A stretch of 64,000 bases of DNA from Lama guanicoe. Its lineage: Eukaryota. Location of the stretch: NCBI GenBank assembly GCA_013239625.1, contig MU053652.1, forward strand, positions 7,587,027-7,651,026, given 5' to 3'. The notes under the pieces were generated by a model, which searched no databases, was not told the DNA's origin, and worked only from the letters and a program-made list of their open reading frames with translations. The position numbers and the translations under genes are program-made. Shown in pieces: positions 38,303 through 51,889 of the stretch (the first letter of the stretch is position 1; each line of letters opens with the position of its first letter).

Positions 38303-38639
38303 GCTCTATGGAGGGCAACACTATTCAACCACTAAGAATTCTATCACAAAGTGAAAAGATTACAAAGCAGGTTTAGAAAGTTACACCATTTGTGTTAATA
38401 AAAAGAAAAATTAAATGTCAAGATAGCTACAAAATGTTAAAAATGATTATTTCCAAGGATAAAATTAAGGGCAATTTTATCTTCTTTTTTACCTTAATTG
38501 TATACATTTTCCATAATTAACATTTATTATTTCAGAACTAAAACAAAGTGCCTCAACCTGGTTGATTCATATTTTTAGCAGCCTTTTGCCTTATTTGGTT
38601 TGCATCTATTATTTCTTTGAATATGTGATCCTCCTAAAC

Positions 38640-38780
38640 CAGCATACTACTACTACTGTCTTGTATTACTTCTATAAACCTACAGTTTCCAAAGTTTTCT
38701 GATATACTTTAGTTTATTTGACCTTCACAGAGACCCCAGAATATAAGCAGAACAGGTTTTGTTCCCATTCCACAGATGAG
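38640..38780 (-). mobile_element. MIR fragment
   Basis: 'tttgaccttcacagagacccc...gttcccattccacagatgag'. Confidence 0.55.
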
Positions 38781-41544
38781 TCTGTGATTATACTTTCATA
38801 ACAATGTTTGGTAATCTCTTCTTTTTCTTTTACTATATTCTCAAAGGTTCTTATTACTAAAAAATTACTTACTCATAATATCTAAATTAAGGAAGGCAGA
38901 AAGAAAATTTTCAGACTCAGAAGCAACAATATTAGGCTAAATAGGGGATAATTTTAATAGCTCAAACACAACTCTTGTTTTGAGTATATTTGATATTGTT
39001 GCTCTTATTAAAGAATGTGTTTTTAGCACACATTATATATAAATTATATTATATATACATATACATATGTATATATAATTTTAAAAAGTTAAACAGAAAT
39101 GAGTACATTTCAAAGACCACAGTTGCACTGTGAAGATTTATTCTCTAAAGGAATAAATCACATGTGATGTTCTTAACATCCATTTTTTTCCTTTGGAATC
39201 AATTTTAGTTAAGCCTCCTTAGTCTTAATAAGTTCATTTCAGGTGCCCTTTTGGAATGTTCTAATGTTCTAAATGGCTCAGCACAAGAAAAACTGTTTCC
39301 ACAATCTTTCAAAAATATCATAAGAGACCATATGTTTAAAGATAGTTCAATTAATTCTACAATTACTGAAGCCTGGAGTTCTTTATCTATGAAATTAAAA
39401 GGTATCTATTTAAAAATTACTTCCTACTGCACACTGCCCACGTCATAATAACTTTCTTAAGGAAATATTGTGGGTGTGGCTGCATCTGTCTTCTCTGTAG
39501 TATCTGATTGATCTGCCTCTCTTCATAATCTATTTTTAGAAATGATATCATTCCATTTACTTCACATCCATCTCCTCTGGGGCAATTAAGCTACTTCTGA
39601 AGATAGTCAGTGCAAGGATGTTCACACAGGGCTGAGTCTTAGGGGAATCTCCAGAGCCAGGTGCTTGTGCAGTACTTTCCTCTCGCACTGTTTTCTGTCT
39701 AAGTCACTCATACGGTGTTTAACCCTGTAGGTTTATTCTTTTAGATGAAAGAGAGGCACTAAGGCGTGGAGAGTACGGCTGAGTGACTCAGTCCTCTAGG
39801 AATTAGTCATACAATTATAGGGCTGTGAGAACAGTAGGAAAACTGACCACAGAAACGCAAACCTAGACTTTTCTCCTAGAAAATTTAGATAATTACAGTG
39901 TAAGATATGAGGAATCTAGAGATTGATGGGGGCACTGGTCGGTCCCCTACCACAACAACTAGGGCTCCGTCTTAGAACGTGATGGCACACAGAGTTAAGA
40001 TCATTTCCCACGTCCACCCCTCCACAGGGTCTTAAACCTTGTACACAGAGGGAGGGCCTTGCCTTCTGAAACAAGGAGATTTTAGACAGCTGGGAGGAAA
40101 CATCACTGTCAAATTAGGAGTGGGTGTGACAGTTTGGTGTCCGTTGCCCAAAGGTGGGTAAAAGTGGAGAAGAGTTTTAAGGGACTTCATTAAGTCCTTG
40201 GCAGAGCAGGCTGACAGGGCAATACTTTTTATAGCTGGGCAAACAATCTTCATTACGGAATAGCTATAAGGAGAGACAAGGATCTCTTGAGAATCCAGCG
40301 GAAAGCCGGTGAGAGCCCTTGACAAGATGTGGATGGTGCAGAGCAGGAGGTGGTAGGGTGAGGTGGGAGAGAGGAGCGGCAGTGTGGTCTCCAGCCGGAG
40401 AGAGCACGGGGCTCCATCCCTTAGGGTAGCAGGTAGCTGCTGAATCAGCAGCAGCCAGTAGGGATTTGGGGTGAATGACAGATTTGCAAGAATCCAAATT
40501 AAGGAAAACACGGTGTAAATTTGGACAAAAGTGGGAATGGGAGAGTTTTAGTAAATGTGAGGACTGGTCCCATATACAAGCGAAGAGCTCTTAGGGAGGT
40601 GAGGCGGTCCAAGGAGTCTGGGGCTACGGATTTCCCTCATCTCTAGTCTTTCTGGTCTTAAAAGGACTCCTTCTTTGAGAGACAAAACTCTTTTAAAGCC
40701 TAGCACTACTTTCCAGCTTTGTGATTCCAGATGTTTCTAGGGCTATATTAGGTAAGAAGCAGCAAAACCTTCATTTCCCCAGGGCATTCTTTGCTTAATT
40801 TTAGGTGGAAAAAACCCCTGCTTTCTGTCTTTGCTGCTCTCTGTCTCTCCTTGAGAAAATGAGGCATGATTACTGAAGTGCTTCAGCAAGAATTCATCGT
40901 CTTGTATTTAGAATTCCTCTGGGTGGAATTCAGTAAGAGGTATGCAGGAGAAAGCTCACTTTTCAAAACGTGCCTTGTTTGTAATGATTTTCATGTAGAT
41001 CACTTAGTATCAGTTATCCCATTACTCACAGCTGTTCATTCCACATTATCCAAATGCCATTATCAACATGCAATTCATAGCAACTTGCTTTCTGGCTTTG
41101 CTCTTTTAGGATAATTTGTTCTGCAGTGACAAGTACCTCTGACGGAAGTTCTGGCTCCTCATCAGCCCATGATTGCGGGATTCACTACTGTGGCAGGAGT
41201 AAAGGCATCTTGCAACTACACCTCAAACGGAGAAATGTGATTATTCTTAAACACATCAAGATATTTTGTCTGGAGACATCATCACATCTCCAGTTAACTC
41301 CCTGTTTCTCTGCCCCAAAACACACATTTGAGGTTATGAGATATTCCATAAAACTTAGACATAGTCAATGCAGCATTTAAAAAATGAATGCTAACGCTCA
41401 TTAAGTTTCTGGAGGAAAAAGAAAGATTAAGAAAAGTTCCCCCAAATTTTGTAAAGAACAGAAAACATCTGATTTAGTATAACTAGCAAAAGATTTCTCA
41501 GAGAACTTAAGAGCTTAAATAATATTGAGAACAAATGTATAGAC

Positions 41545-41936
41545 CTTTATATACTCATTGAGATTGTGACTTCCACCTTGTTCGTACTCCTTTGCGCTGT
41601 CACTTGCTCTGGTGAAGCCAGCTGAGCTGCTCTCTGGGCCCACGTGGCAGACAACAAAGGGTGGACTCCAGCCCACAGCCCAGGAAGAATTGAACTCCTC
41701 AGCCAAAGAGCTTGCAATGAACTGAATTCTATCGAAAACCACTGAGAGAATTTGTAAGCAGATCCTGCACTCACAGAACCTTGAGATGACTGTGGTCTTG
41801 ACCTTGAACTTGAGCTGCAGGACCCAGGTAAGCAATGCTTAGATTCCTCAGCCTCAGAAACTGTAAGATGATAAATGTTGTTTTAAGCCTCCAAGTCTTG
41901 GGGTAATTTGCTACAAAGCAATAGATAATTTATACA
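41545..41936 (+). mobile_element. MaLR LTR (MLT1F-like), 5'-truncated
   Basis: 'cacttgctctggtgaagccagctg...ggcccacgtggc...cagaaactgtaagatgataaatg...ggggtaatttgctacaaagcaatagataatttataca'. Confidence 0.8.
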
Positions 41937-42039
41937 TACTCCATACAGTGTTTCTAGTGGCTATTAATCTCCATAGCTGAATATCTCTAATTTTGGAAGT
42001 TAATCACAAATTATCTTGCATTGTATATACTTAGTGTTA

Positions 42040-42290
42040 ACTGGTCATTTTCAAATGATGTTCCGCAGAGGCTTAAGGGGTGTGTGTATAAATACGTGTG
42101 TGTTTGTGTATGTAGTGTGGGTGTGTGTTTAGGAGGAAAGTTTAAACGATGAAGTTAAGTGGGCAGGACCCTGGGCCCATTCCCCTTGCCTTAACTAGAA
42201 CAGCTCCTCTTTTACCTTCTAGATATATTAGGATATAATATTTAATTAGGGAGGGAGGGTGCTTTTTTAAAAATTTTTAAATTACTAACT
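42040..42290. mobile_element. hAT-Charlie MITE remnant (Charlie4z-like)
   Basis: 'ttttcaaatgatgttccgcagag...taactagaacagctcctcttttacc...atatattagg'. Confidence 0.45.
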
Positions 42291-42974
42291 TAGATGTTTT
42301 GTGCATTACATCTTATCCACCACTGAACTTAATACAATGCAAGCTTTTTAAAGACCAGAAAATATTAAATACTTTTAGACAGTCCAGAATTTTCTTTCAG
42401 GTAACCAAATCTAGAGTTTCCAACCTAGAACTCTTAAGTTCTACTTTGTAAAATATACCCAACCAAGTAGAATAAAATTCAATAGTCTATAAATCAGGCA
42501 AAATTATTACCACTTTACAGCTTGGGAATGTGATTAGCATGATAATAAATTTAGGGAACAAAACTGATTCTATGCCTGAATGACCATTTAAACCATAAAA
42601 TAATAGAATCTCAGAATTGAAAAAGATCATAAAGGTTATCATTACTAAAAATACACACCGAATGCTTTAACCTCCCTTTAAGCTCTTTATCAAGTTGCTA
42701 ATCTGTTCTTGAAAAAGTGTGACACCAAACTGGAGGCTTAAAAAAATTAGTTCACAACTTGGACTGAGGATATCACCCCTGGAAATCCAGAATTTTAGTA
42801 GGTACATCCTCAATAAGAATTAGATGAGCTTAATGTCATTGGTCCAGCCACTGTCTGTGGAAGGGAAACATTCCGTAACTGTAAGAAGGTGCGACACAGT
42901 TAGTACATTCATTCATTTATTTTTGCTTTTATGTATTCCTCTCACTGCTCACAGAACTTTTGAGAACTGTGTCT

Positions 42975-43090
42975 ACATTCCCCTGCTCTTCCCTACTTGC
43001 TCACCCTTGCGTGCAGTACTCAATACTCTGCACTATGTCTTCCACTGACAGCACTCCACTGAAACTGCTCTTGCTAAGGTTAACTAGGAT
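42975..43090 (+). mobile_element. L2 RT-region fragment
   Basis: Diagnostic 'cactccactgaaactgctcttgctaaggtta'. Confidence 0.75.
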
Positions 43091-44231
43091 TTTATACAGT
43101 AGTATTTTCTCCTGAGCCCCTCTAACATATGTTTCAACATTTAGAATGCCAAATCATCAAGATGTTGTACCTTATCGGTTATTGAAGGTAAGAGGAAATG
43201 AGGGCCGAAGATGATTCCTAAATCAGTTTTAATAATCAGGTTCCTGCCTCGTCTACCCTTATCCCAAGGAAATTTCTAGAAGGCTTGCTCAGATTTCTCC
43301 CTCCCTTCCATGTATCTCTTAGACCTTGTTATGATTATTTCAGTACTCTCTAGAGAGAGAACCAGAAAAGGGAGAAGGTTGCTGAGGAGAGAGGAAAACA
43401 GAAGCATAAAGAAAGAGTGAGAGTGGGAAAAAAAGGAGGAGTTTTCAATGGGGCGATGAACGTGAGGAGTGACAAGAGAGCCGTCTGGGCACCGCTGTGG
43501 TTTTTAAGTGACTTGATTAGCAGTTGAAAAAATGAAAGGGGTGGTAAGAGATGTGCATTATCAATTGGACCTTCTTCAATGCTCTGAAAGAATCACCAAA
43601 GAAGATCAAAAGATGAGAATCACAAATTGCTTCCATCAGGTGCACTATATATTCTTTCATATCACCTGGGCTGAAACTTGTAGGATCCCAAGACTGATTC
43701 ATGTAACATATTATCAGCATCTGTATACCTGGGTAAGAGTACCTTTCTCCTCAGTCGTGTGCTTTGAGATGTCCCTACTTTTGCCTCTTCTGGTCACATC
43801 CAACCTCATAGGGCAAGACAGCCGTAGGGCTAAGATTCTAGGCTGTGCAAAGCCATGATTTCCAAGCTCCAAATACACTGAACCTTGTAACACTCTGTCC
43901 AAATGTCATCATACTCAATTCCAGAACCTAGGTGGTTATTATTTTCTATGGTCCCACCTTCCAGAGAGTGACTGTGACTAATATATGGCTGAAGGAGTGG
44001 CAAGAAACAACTGTGTGCAGGAGGGAAGTAAATGGGGCTTGATCGCAGGGCTTTGGTTTTGTGCATGCAAGGCTTCTTGCAATGTGGATGGAGCCAAGCA
44101 TAGAGAGAGAAGGAAGGCTGGGCCATGGACTGAGAATACAGGAAGCGAGGACCAGGAACTGCCATTCTGGAGTGGAACTCTAAAGAATCCAAGAATTTAA
44201 GATTTAAACCAATAATACATTTTTCTAACTA

Positions 44232-44431
44232 TAGTTGACCCTTGAACTAACCATCCATGCAGTCAAAAATCTGCATATAAGTTCATAGTTGGCTCTCCAT
44301 ATCCATGGTTCTGCATCTGTGAATTCAACCAACCTTGGGTAGTGTAGTACTGTAGTGTGTATTTAGTGAAAAAAAATCCACATATAAATGGAACTGCAGA
44401 CTTCAAACCCATGTGTTCCAAGGGTCCACTG
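44232..44431. mobile_element. Tigger2/MER8-like Tc1-mariner MITE
   Basis: TIRs 'tagttgacccttgaac'...'ttccaagggtccactg'; TA immediately 5' (44230-44231). Confidence 0.8.
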
Positions 44432-45745
44432 TCTTACTTTACCATCTGTAGTCATTTTTCTAGCCAGTTGCACCTTTGCTCCTACCCATCTCCTTGAACT
44501 ATTATTGGCAAATATATTACATTCTTTATGGTATATACTCAAAAATATATTATATACATGTTATTTTATACAATTGCTTTTAAAATCAGTTGAGAAAAGA
44601 AAGGAAAAACATATCTACTTATACTACCTTCTATAATTATAGTTACCTTTACTCTGTTCTTTGGGTTTTTGTGAGTCGATTCAGATTACCATCTGAAGTC
44701 ACCTGCTTTTATCCTAAAGAACTTCATTTAGCATTCCTCATAAAGCAGGTCTGCCAGTAACAAATTCTGTTTTGTTTATGTGAGAACGTCTTTGTGTAGC
44801 CTTCATTTTTAAAAGATAGCCCTGCGGGATACAGGATTCTTGGTTACCAGTTTGAGTAGGATTTTTTGAGCACTTTGAATACATTATTCCATTGTTTTCA
44901 GGCATCCATTATTTCTTCCAGAAAATTTGCTATAAACATTATTGGCTTCCCTTGTAACTGATAAGTCATTTTTCTTTTGCTACTTTCAAGATTTATCTCT
45001 TTGTCTTTGACGTTCAGCATTTTTACTGTGATGTTTCTGTTTATAGATCCTACTTGGAGTTTATTTGTCCTACCTGGGGTTTGTTGAGCTTCCTGAATGT
45101 GTAGGTTAGTGTTTTTCAAAAGCCTGGGGGGAGCTTTCAGCCATTATTTCTTAGAAAATTTTCTCTGGCCCTTTCTTTCTCTCTGAGTGACACCCCCACT
45201 TTAGGAGCTGAGCCCCTGGTGGAGGAGGGCAGTAGCCTGAGGACATCTCAGCCTGCCTTTCCGCATGAGCCAGGGCAAGGGCGGCAAAGACTCCAATACT
45301 GTCAGCAGTTCTTTGCCCAAAGTAGAGCCTTCACTCCATGAGTGGTGGCTTGGCAGAGGGAAACCTTCACCTCACAGTCAGAGTCATCTGAAGCTTAGTC
45401 TCAGCCATACGCAGCTGGGAGCAGGGTGAGAAATGGTGATGTCCTGCTCTTCTGGAGAAGAAACCCCTTCTCTGGGGGCTGGAATAGACAGAGCCCCTTG
45501 TTCTTGGATGCACAAGTCTGGAATGGAGCGTCTGGCTCACTGAGCTGACAGGAGGGAGAAGGGAGCAGCCTTGGAGTCTCACAGATTCATACTTTCCTTA
45601 TTGGAATTTCATGAATAAATGTTTCTTCATTTGCTGTTTGCCCTTAGGGCAATTTTTAGAAGCTTAAAAAAGTTTTTTTTTCTTGTTTTCTTTTGTGCCA
45701 GCCTCACAGAGGAGCAGGTCTATACAAAGCTCCTTACACTGTCTT
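44432..45745 (-). mobile_element. Old L1 (L1MD-like): 5' UTR, ORF1 and inter-ORF region
   Basis: ORF 44898-45119 (NLHIQEAQQTPGR..NITVKMLNVKDKE..QGKPI...ANF..EIMDA) is L1 ORF1p-like; GC-richer 5' UTR at about 45180-45745. Confidence 0.8.
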
Positions 45746-46229
45746 GCCGCGACTGCCTGGCGTGTTTGGCCTGCTGGGGGATCCACAAGCTGCCCGGTGC
45801 TGCTGGAGCATTCAGGACATGTGGGTTATTGGGGGCAGATGAGACCATAAATGTAAGAGGCAGACACAGAATCTGTTCTCTTAGCAATGAATTGCTACTA
45901 AGGGGTTTTAAGTGGAAGAGAGATAAGAGTAAATTTGCATTATAGAGCAATGTTTTAAAAAAAAATCAAGCCAATGTAAATTTTCAGTGTGCTTTAGTAT
46001 CTACTTGTGTCTCTAAGTCTCCACTGAGTTCCACTGATGCACCAGATCATGATTTAATATAAGAGAAAGGAAAGAATAAAGAAGAGAGACAAAAGATATC
46101 TTTGCTATACTATATATTAATGCTGTTACTTGAATACTACACACTTTGAGAAGGATGGAATATAAATGATACAAAAAGGGAAGGAGACTCTAGACAGCTA
46201 GCCGGATTGAGGAAATGCCATGATTGTAT

Positions 46230-46405
46230 TTGTCTTGGATATTCACAGTGCACATTAGCATATAAAAGACTCAAAGAAGCCCTGAAACAAAGAGATTTGT
46301 TTAACTTTGTTTATCCATAGTCCTCAAAGTTATTTACCATTAGGACCCCTTTTCATATATCAGCTAAAACTGCCCTCAATACTTCAATACAGTTCTGGAA
46401 AACTG
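46230..46405. mobile_element. hAT-Charlie MITE (MER103-like)
   Basis: 'attcacagtgcacattagcatataaaagactc...tgtttaactttgttt'. Confidence 0.65.
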
Positions 46406-47639
46406 AAAACATTAGAAGATTTTTAAAGGTGAGTGACAAATTTCTAACTCATAAAATATTCATAAAATGAAATAACTCATAAAAATGGAATGGATAATTA
46501 TGTCTAATGTTAATTCTAAGGGAAATAGTTGTACCCTTGGGGACAGTTAAAAAACAATATACCTTTTGAGCTGTCTATGAGAAAAGCAAAGAAGGAATTT
46601 ATTTGTGATATTTATTTGGAAATCTTTAATAGTGTTAAGTTTTCAGTGTTTGGTAATTAATTTCATTTTCAAATACGATCCAGAATTATTCAGTGACAGG
46701 AAAGTGAGGTGGTGTTTAAGTAGGATTACCTTACATTAAAAATGCAGTGTGACTGTGAAGCACTCAGGTAGATTTTATATCCCAAAAGTTAATCTTGAGC
46801 TTGTTTTCAAAGGAGAGATTTTTTTTCTAAAAGCTTTTGCAAAATATCAACATCATTAATATTAGCACATTGTCTCTTAAAGTAATGATTCTGGAGGGCA
46901 ATATGTACATTTTGCTCATTTGAAAATTAACCCAGGTGATTTCTGAATCAAAAGAAGAGGATAAATGTAGTCTTAATTTATTTTCCTCAACCTATACCCA
47001 GGGAAAAACATACAGAGTATAAGAAAATGAAGAAAAAAAATACTGCAGTTAAGGTTCATATGTCATTTGCTACTAGCCCAAACCTCAGAGCATACCTAGC
47101 TAAGAAGGTGAAGCCAAAATCTGAAAACCAACATGTGCAACTTAAACTTTTAGAAAGCTCAAAGTAAGAACCCCGAGCTATCCATTAAGTAGAATGCTAG
47201 GATACAGAGTCATGAACCAGTGTAAGTGTATTAAGAAATGTCACTAAAGATTCCAATGCGATCACACAGAGCATCAGGAAAGGTGAGGTTGAAGCAAAAC
47301 TCACGTCCACGTGTTACTCCTATTGTCTACAACCTGGTCTCCCGGTAAAGGGCCTGTTGTAAGAAGCACAGTGAAGGAGAAGTGACAGGAGATATGGTGA
47401 CTTCTTTGAGCTTTACTGTAAGCTACAACTCTTGAATGCCAAAAACTGAAGAGAAAGTCATCTACCCCACAAAAGAAAGAACTGTTTTCATGTGTGTGTT
47501 CTGAGAAGAATCTGTGCAATGTTCAGACCCTCTCCCATCTCCCACCCCAAACCGTGCACTTTAGCAGCCAGTAGGTACTAAAAATGAGAAATAGTTTTAT
47601 TATAAGAAAAATAAGTCTAACTCTGCTTCAAAGCTGGCA

Positions 47640-49020
47640 TTATGTTTAACGGTCAAGCACTTGAAACAAACCTATTAAAAACAGAAAACCAAAACCAGGA
47701 CCATTATCTCTGTTGTCATTTAGTGTTTTCTTGGAAATAATAGTACAATTAGAAAAGATAAAGGATTTAGAGATCCAGATATTGAAAAGAAGAAATAAAA
47801 CTGTTCTCCTGGAAAACTCCAAAAAATCAACTGAAAAGATATTAGAAATGGTAAGAGAATTCAGTGATGTGGCTAGGTTAAAAATTAACATGCAAAAATC
47901 AATACCCTTCATATGGGCAAACAACAAAAAAATAGAAAATATATTGGAAGAAAAGATGCCATTACAATAGCATCAAAAAAGAGGAATTACCTAGGAATAA
48001 ACATAATAAAAAATATATAAGATCAATACGAATAAAACTTTAAAATGCTATATAAGAACATGAAAAGTAGACTTGAACAAATGGAAAAACATTATGTTAT
48101 TGGAAAACAGCTCTCAAGATCACAAAGATGTCAGTTTCTCTAAAGTAAATCAAAAGTGTAGTATAATCCCATTAACAATATGAGTAAGAATTTTAAACTA
48201 TAAATAAGTTAATTCTAATGTTAATGTGAGCAATAAAACTAGAAAGACAACCCAAGAAAACTCTGAGACTACAGAATGTTATGGGGGACCAGCCTCATCA
48301 GAAATCAAAACATGATAAAATTACCCAAAACAATGTGGGACTGGCACATAAACATAAAGACAGAAATCAAGTTAAGAAGATAGCTATCAAAATGAAAAGA
48401 GAAAACACAGCCTGGGAGAAAGTATTTGCAAACCATATATCTGATAAAGGACAAGTATACAGAATATATAAAGAAATCGCAAAAAGCAACACTCAGAAAC
48501 AAGCAACCGAACCAAAAAAAAAAAAGAAATGAGAGAGGGGGGAAATGGGGGCCAAAAATTTGAATAGACATTTCACCAAAGAAGATAGCGGGCAAATGAG
48601 TCCATAAAAAGATGCACAACATTATTTACCATCAGGAAAATGCAAATTAAACCACAATGAGATGCCGCTATACTTCCGTAGGAGTGGCTGAAATTAAAGT
48701 CTGACCATACCAAGTTGTAGTAAGGATGTGAGGAAACTAGAGGTTCATACACCACTGGGAGAAATATTAACTAGTATAACCACCTCAGAAAACAGTTTGG
48801 CAATTTTTAAAAAAGTTAAACGCACACCTCCCATATGCCCCATGCATTCCACACCTGGATACTTACCCAAGAGAAATGAAAGCATATATCCATCCAAGCA
48901 CTGTATCTGTATTTGTAATAGACAAAAACTGGAGCCAGCACCAAATTCCATCAACAGGTGAATGAATGAACGAAGTGTGATGTGTACATACAATACAATA
49001 CAACTGAGAAACACAAAGAA
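47640..49020 (+). mobile_element. Decayed L1 ORF2 (RT and C-terminal regions, with internal deletions)
   Basis: LENSKKSTEKILEMVREFSDVARLKINMQKS (47713-47970) and WEKVFANHISDKG..RIYKE (48281-48532). Confidence 0.9.
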
Positions 49021-49024
49021 ATAA

Positions 49025-49385
49025 GCTTTCAACAAAATACTTGATCAGTATTCTTAAAAACTATAAAGGTCATAAAAATGTTTTTAAAAGCTAAGAATTG
49101 TCAGATATCAGAGGAGACTAAGGAGACATGGAGACTCAATGCAATGTGGTTACCTAGATTGGATTCTAGCACCAAAGAAAAAAAAAATTAATGGAAAATG
49201 GTGAATTCCAAATAAAGTTTTTAGTTGTATAAGAATGTGGTGTTAAGAATGTTACTGTCTCAGTTTTGACAACGTGCCACAGTTATATAAGATGTTAGCA
49301 CTCAGGGAAGCTGAGTAAAGGGTATACAGGAGCTTGTTGCACTTTGCAACTTTCTATAGATCTAAAATGATTACAAAACAAAAAT
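49025..49385 (+). mobile_element. L1MC/L1MD-type 3' UTR piece nested in the older L1
   Basis: 'gaggagactaaggagacatg...aatgcaatgtgg...gattggattct...gcaactttctatagatctaaaatga'. Confidence 0.7.
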
Positions 49386-49394
49386 GTTTTCCTA

Positions 49395-49765
49395 AACAAA
49401 TGAAATATAGACACACATGACATCATGGGTAAATCTCAGAATTATTATGCAGAGTAAAAGAAGCCAAGCAGAAACTAATACAAATTGTATGACTGCATTT
49501 ATTTAACACTCAGGGATATGCAAACTAATGTATAGTGGCTGAAAGGAGATCAATGGCTGCCTGGGGGTGAGGGAGGGGAGCAGGACGTGGCAGATGGGAG
49601 GAAATGCGGAAGAATAAGAAGAAACTTTGGGGAATGATGGATATATTCATTATCTTAATTGTGATGATGGTTTCATGAGTGTGTATATATGCCAAATCTT
49701 ATCAAATCTCACAGTTTAAATATGTGTATTTTATTATGTCAATTATACTTTAATAAAGCTGTTGT
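49395..49765 (+). mobile_element. L1ME-type 3' UTR
   Basis: 'catgggtaaatctcaga...gatggatatattcattatcttaattgtgatgatggtttcatgagtg...caattatactttaataaagctgtt'. Confidence 0.8.
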
Positions 49766-50016
49766 AAAAGTCATTTATTTAAATATTTCTTTGCGTTTAA
49801 AGGGAATTGTAGACAACATAATGAGAATTAAACAATCAGAGCCAAGGCAGCAAATTTAAAAGACTAAGTATTATAGGAAAGAAACCCATGTTAGAAACAA
49901 GAGAAAAGTAAATGAATAAAACTAAAAATTGCTGTGCTGAAAATAAAAGCCATCTTAATACATCATTAAGTGGATCGTTTACATAGAAAAAAACAGAAAC
50001 TACTACGTGAGCTCCC

Positions 50017-50163
50017 CTTTTTCAACTTCATTGAGGCATAACTGACGAATGGGAAGTGTACGTATTTAAGATGTACAACTTGGTGTTTTGATATACGTAT
50101 TCACTGTGAAATGATCACCACAATAAAGCTAATTAACACATCCATCAACTCAAACAGCTACTT
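50017..50163 (-). mobile_element. L1MA-type 3' terminal fragment
   Basis: Homologous to 18770-18905 ('tgtgaaatgatcaccacaataaagctaattaacacatccatc'). Confidence 0.8.
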
Positions 50164-50535
50164 GTGAAAGAATGCCTGTCAGAAGATTAAGTTCAGGTAA
50201 GGAATTGAGGTGACAATTCAGTTAAATATTTCACAGGGAGGTATGTAGCACGTGATCAAATATCAAATAGCAAGATATGTTTTTTGGCTCTTGTGCATTT
50301 AGGAAACTGTGGTGATATCAACTTATTTCATCACCATTTTGTCTGAAATTGATTTTCAAGATCTTAAATTCCATCTTCAAATCTTAATTGGGCACAACAT
50401 TCAGGAGAACAGTTGTGCAGAACATCAAAGAGCCTTAGCAAAACTTAAGGTTCCAATCTTTCCAAAATGGTCCTCCCTACCAACAGAAAATAAAACTGAA
50501 GGCAGAACAATGCACTGAACAAACACACTCTTAGA

Positions 50536-50745
50536 CTAACTGACATATATAGAATAGATAAACAAGTTCATGCTGTATAGTGCAGGGAACTATATTCAAT
50601 ATCTTGTAGTAACTTATGGTGAAAAAGAATATGAAAATGAGTATGTGTATGTTCATGTAAGACTGAAGCATTGTGCTGTACACCCAAAATTGACACAAAA
50701 TTGTAAACTGACTATACTTCAATAAAAATATATATATATATATAT
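50536..50745 (+). mobile_element. Short lineage-specific L1 3' insertion with TSD and (AT)n tail
   Basis: Same 3' UTR as 1-255; TSD ACTCTTAGA at 50527-50535 and 50746-50754. Confidence 0.92.
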
Positions 50746-50854
50746 ACTCTTAGAAAGGTAGAGATCTTTCCAGATCAGTGGAACCTCCATCAGAAAAAGG
50801 TAGAATACTTTTAACCATACTTCAAGAATACTTGAAGAAAATCAGTGTTCTTGC

Positions 50855-51206
50855 ACCACGCAGGGCCAGCATGGACATCCCCCCGCCAAACTTTGGTTTG
50901 ATGATGTCACATATGCACCAAGAGGGCATGAAAAGGTTTCTGACTCACATAATGAAGCCAAAGCTAATCTAAAAACGTTTGAGAGGGAGCAGGGAGGGGC
51001 AACTGTGTTGGAGTTTTATCATGGTTGGAGGGGAGACTGGGCTGCGGGTTTGTGAGGTTTGTATTTCCTGCTGGTGCTAAAGGAGGGAACACCAGACTTT
51101 CTTATCAGCTTGCCCAGGCTTGAGGGCAGAAGAGGATTAGGGAGTAGTGGGGCTTAAAAACTGACAGCAGTCAAACATCAAAAATGGAGCCAGATTCTTT
51201 ACTGCA
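50855..51206 (-). mobile_element. ERV solo LTR (MER90-like)
   Basis: Minus strand begins 'tgcagtaaagaatctggctccatttttgatgtttgactgctgtcag...gggcaagctgataagaaag'. Confidence 0.65.
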
Positions 51207-51399
51207 CATATGAACAAAAATAGACAAAAACAGCAACATGGTATCCTTTTTCCAACTGCCTAAGGGGCATCATTCACTGGATATCTCACAAATATCTAAA
51301 CCAAGTGATTGGTTCTTTTCCCTCAAATGGGCTTCTCCTTCTATACTCACAGTGTGATTTAATGACCCACCCATTACCTACGCCAGTAACGTGAGGGAA

Positions 51400-51885
51400 G
51401 CCTCACTCCTGACGTTTGTGGGGCCCAGGATGAAATTACAAATGGAAGCTCCCAGCCTGAGGCTCACTCCTCACTTTTTCCACTCCCTTTCTCCCAATTA
51501 TAATGGGTCTTGTGCACGCATACTTTAATAACCCACCTCTCACATTCAATCTCATTTCACACCCCCCCCACCGCAGACCCAGGTCCGTCTCTCAGCCCTG
51601 AGGATACACACACAGTGGACTGACATGCCTTTGTGAGGATAGAGCCTGGCAAGAGGCCAGCTCAGGCATTAGCAATGGTGTAGTCTGGGCAGAGAATCTG
51701 GAATCCCAGGTCCTCAGCATGGTGTGGAAGGGGAAGTGTGAGCTCGGTATGGCTATGCCTTCTGTTCCGCAGATTCTACCTCTTGTTGGGGTTGGGCAGG
51801 GGAACAGAGGAGGGTCAGAGCTGGGCTCTCTAAAGCTCAAGGGTAGAGCCGGAATCCCTGTTGTCTGGGTCTAAGGGTGGTACCA
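51400..51885 (-). mobile_element. hAT-Tip100 MER115/Zaphod-like element inserted in L2
   Basis: Ends 'acgtttgtggggcccagg' and 'ctgggtctaagggtggtac'; L2 sequence flanks it on both sides. Confidence 0.65.
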
Positions 51886-51889
51886 TCTT

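Noticed and set aside
46445..46484. TAACTCATAAAA repeats (also CATAGGTAAA x2 at 61343-61365)
   Set aside because: Short slippage-type duplications in AT-rich DNA with no further structure
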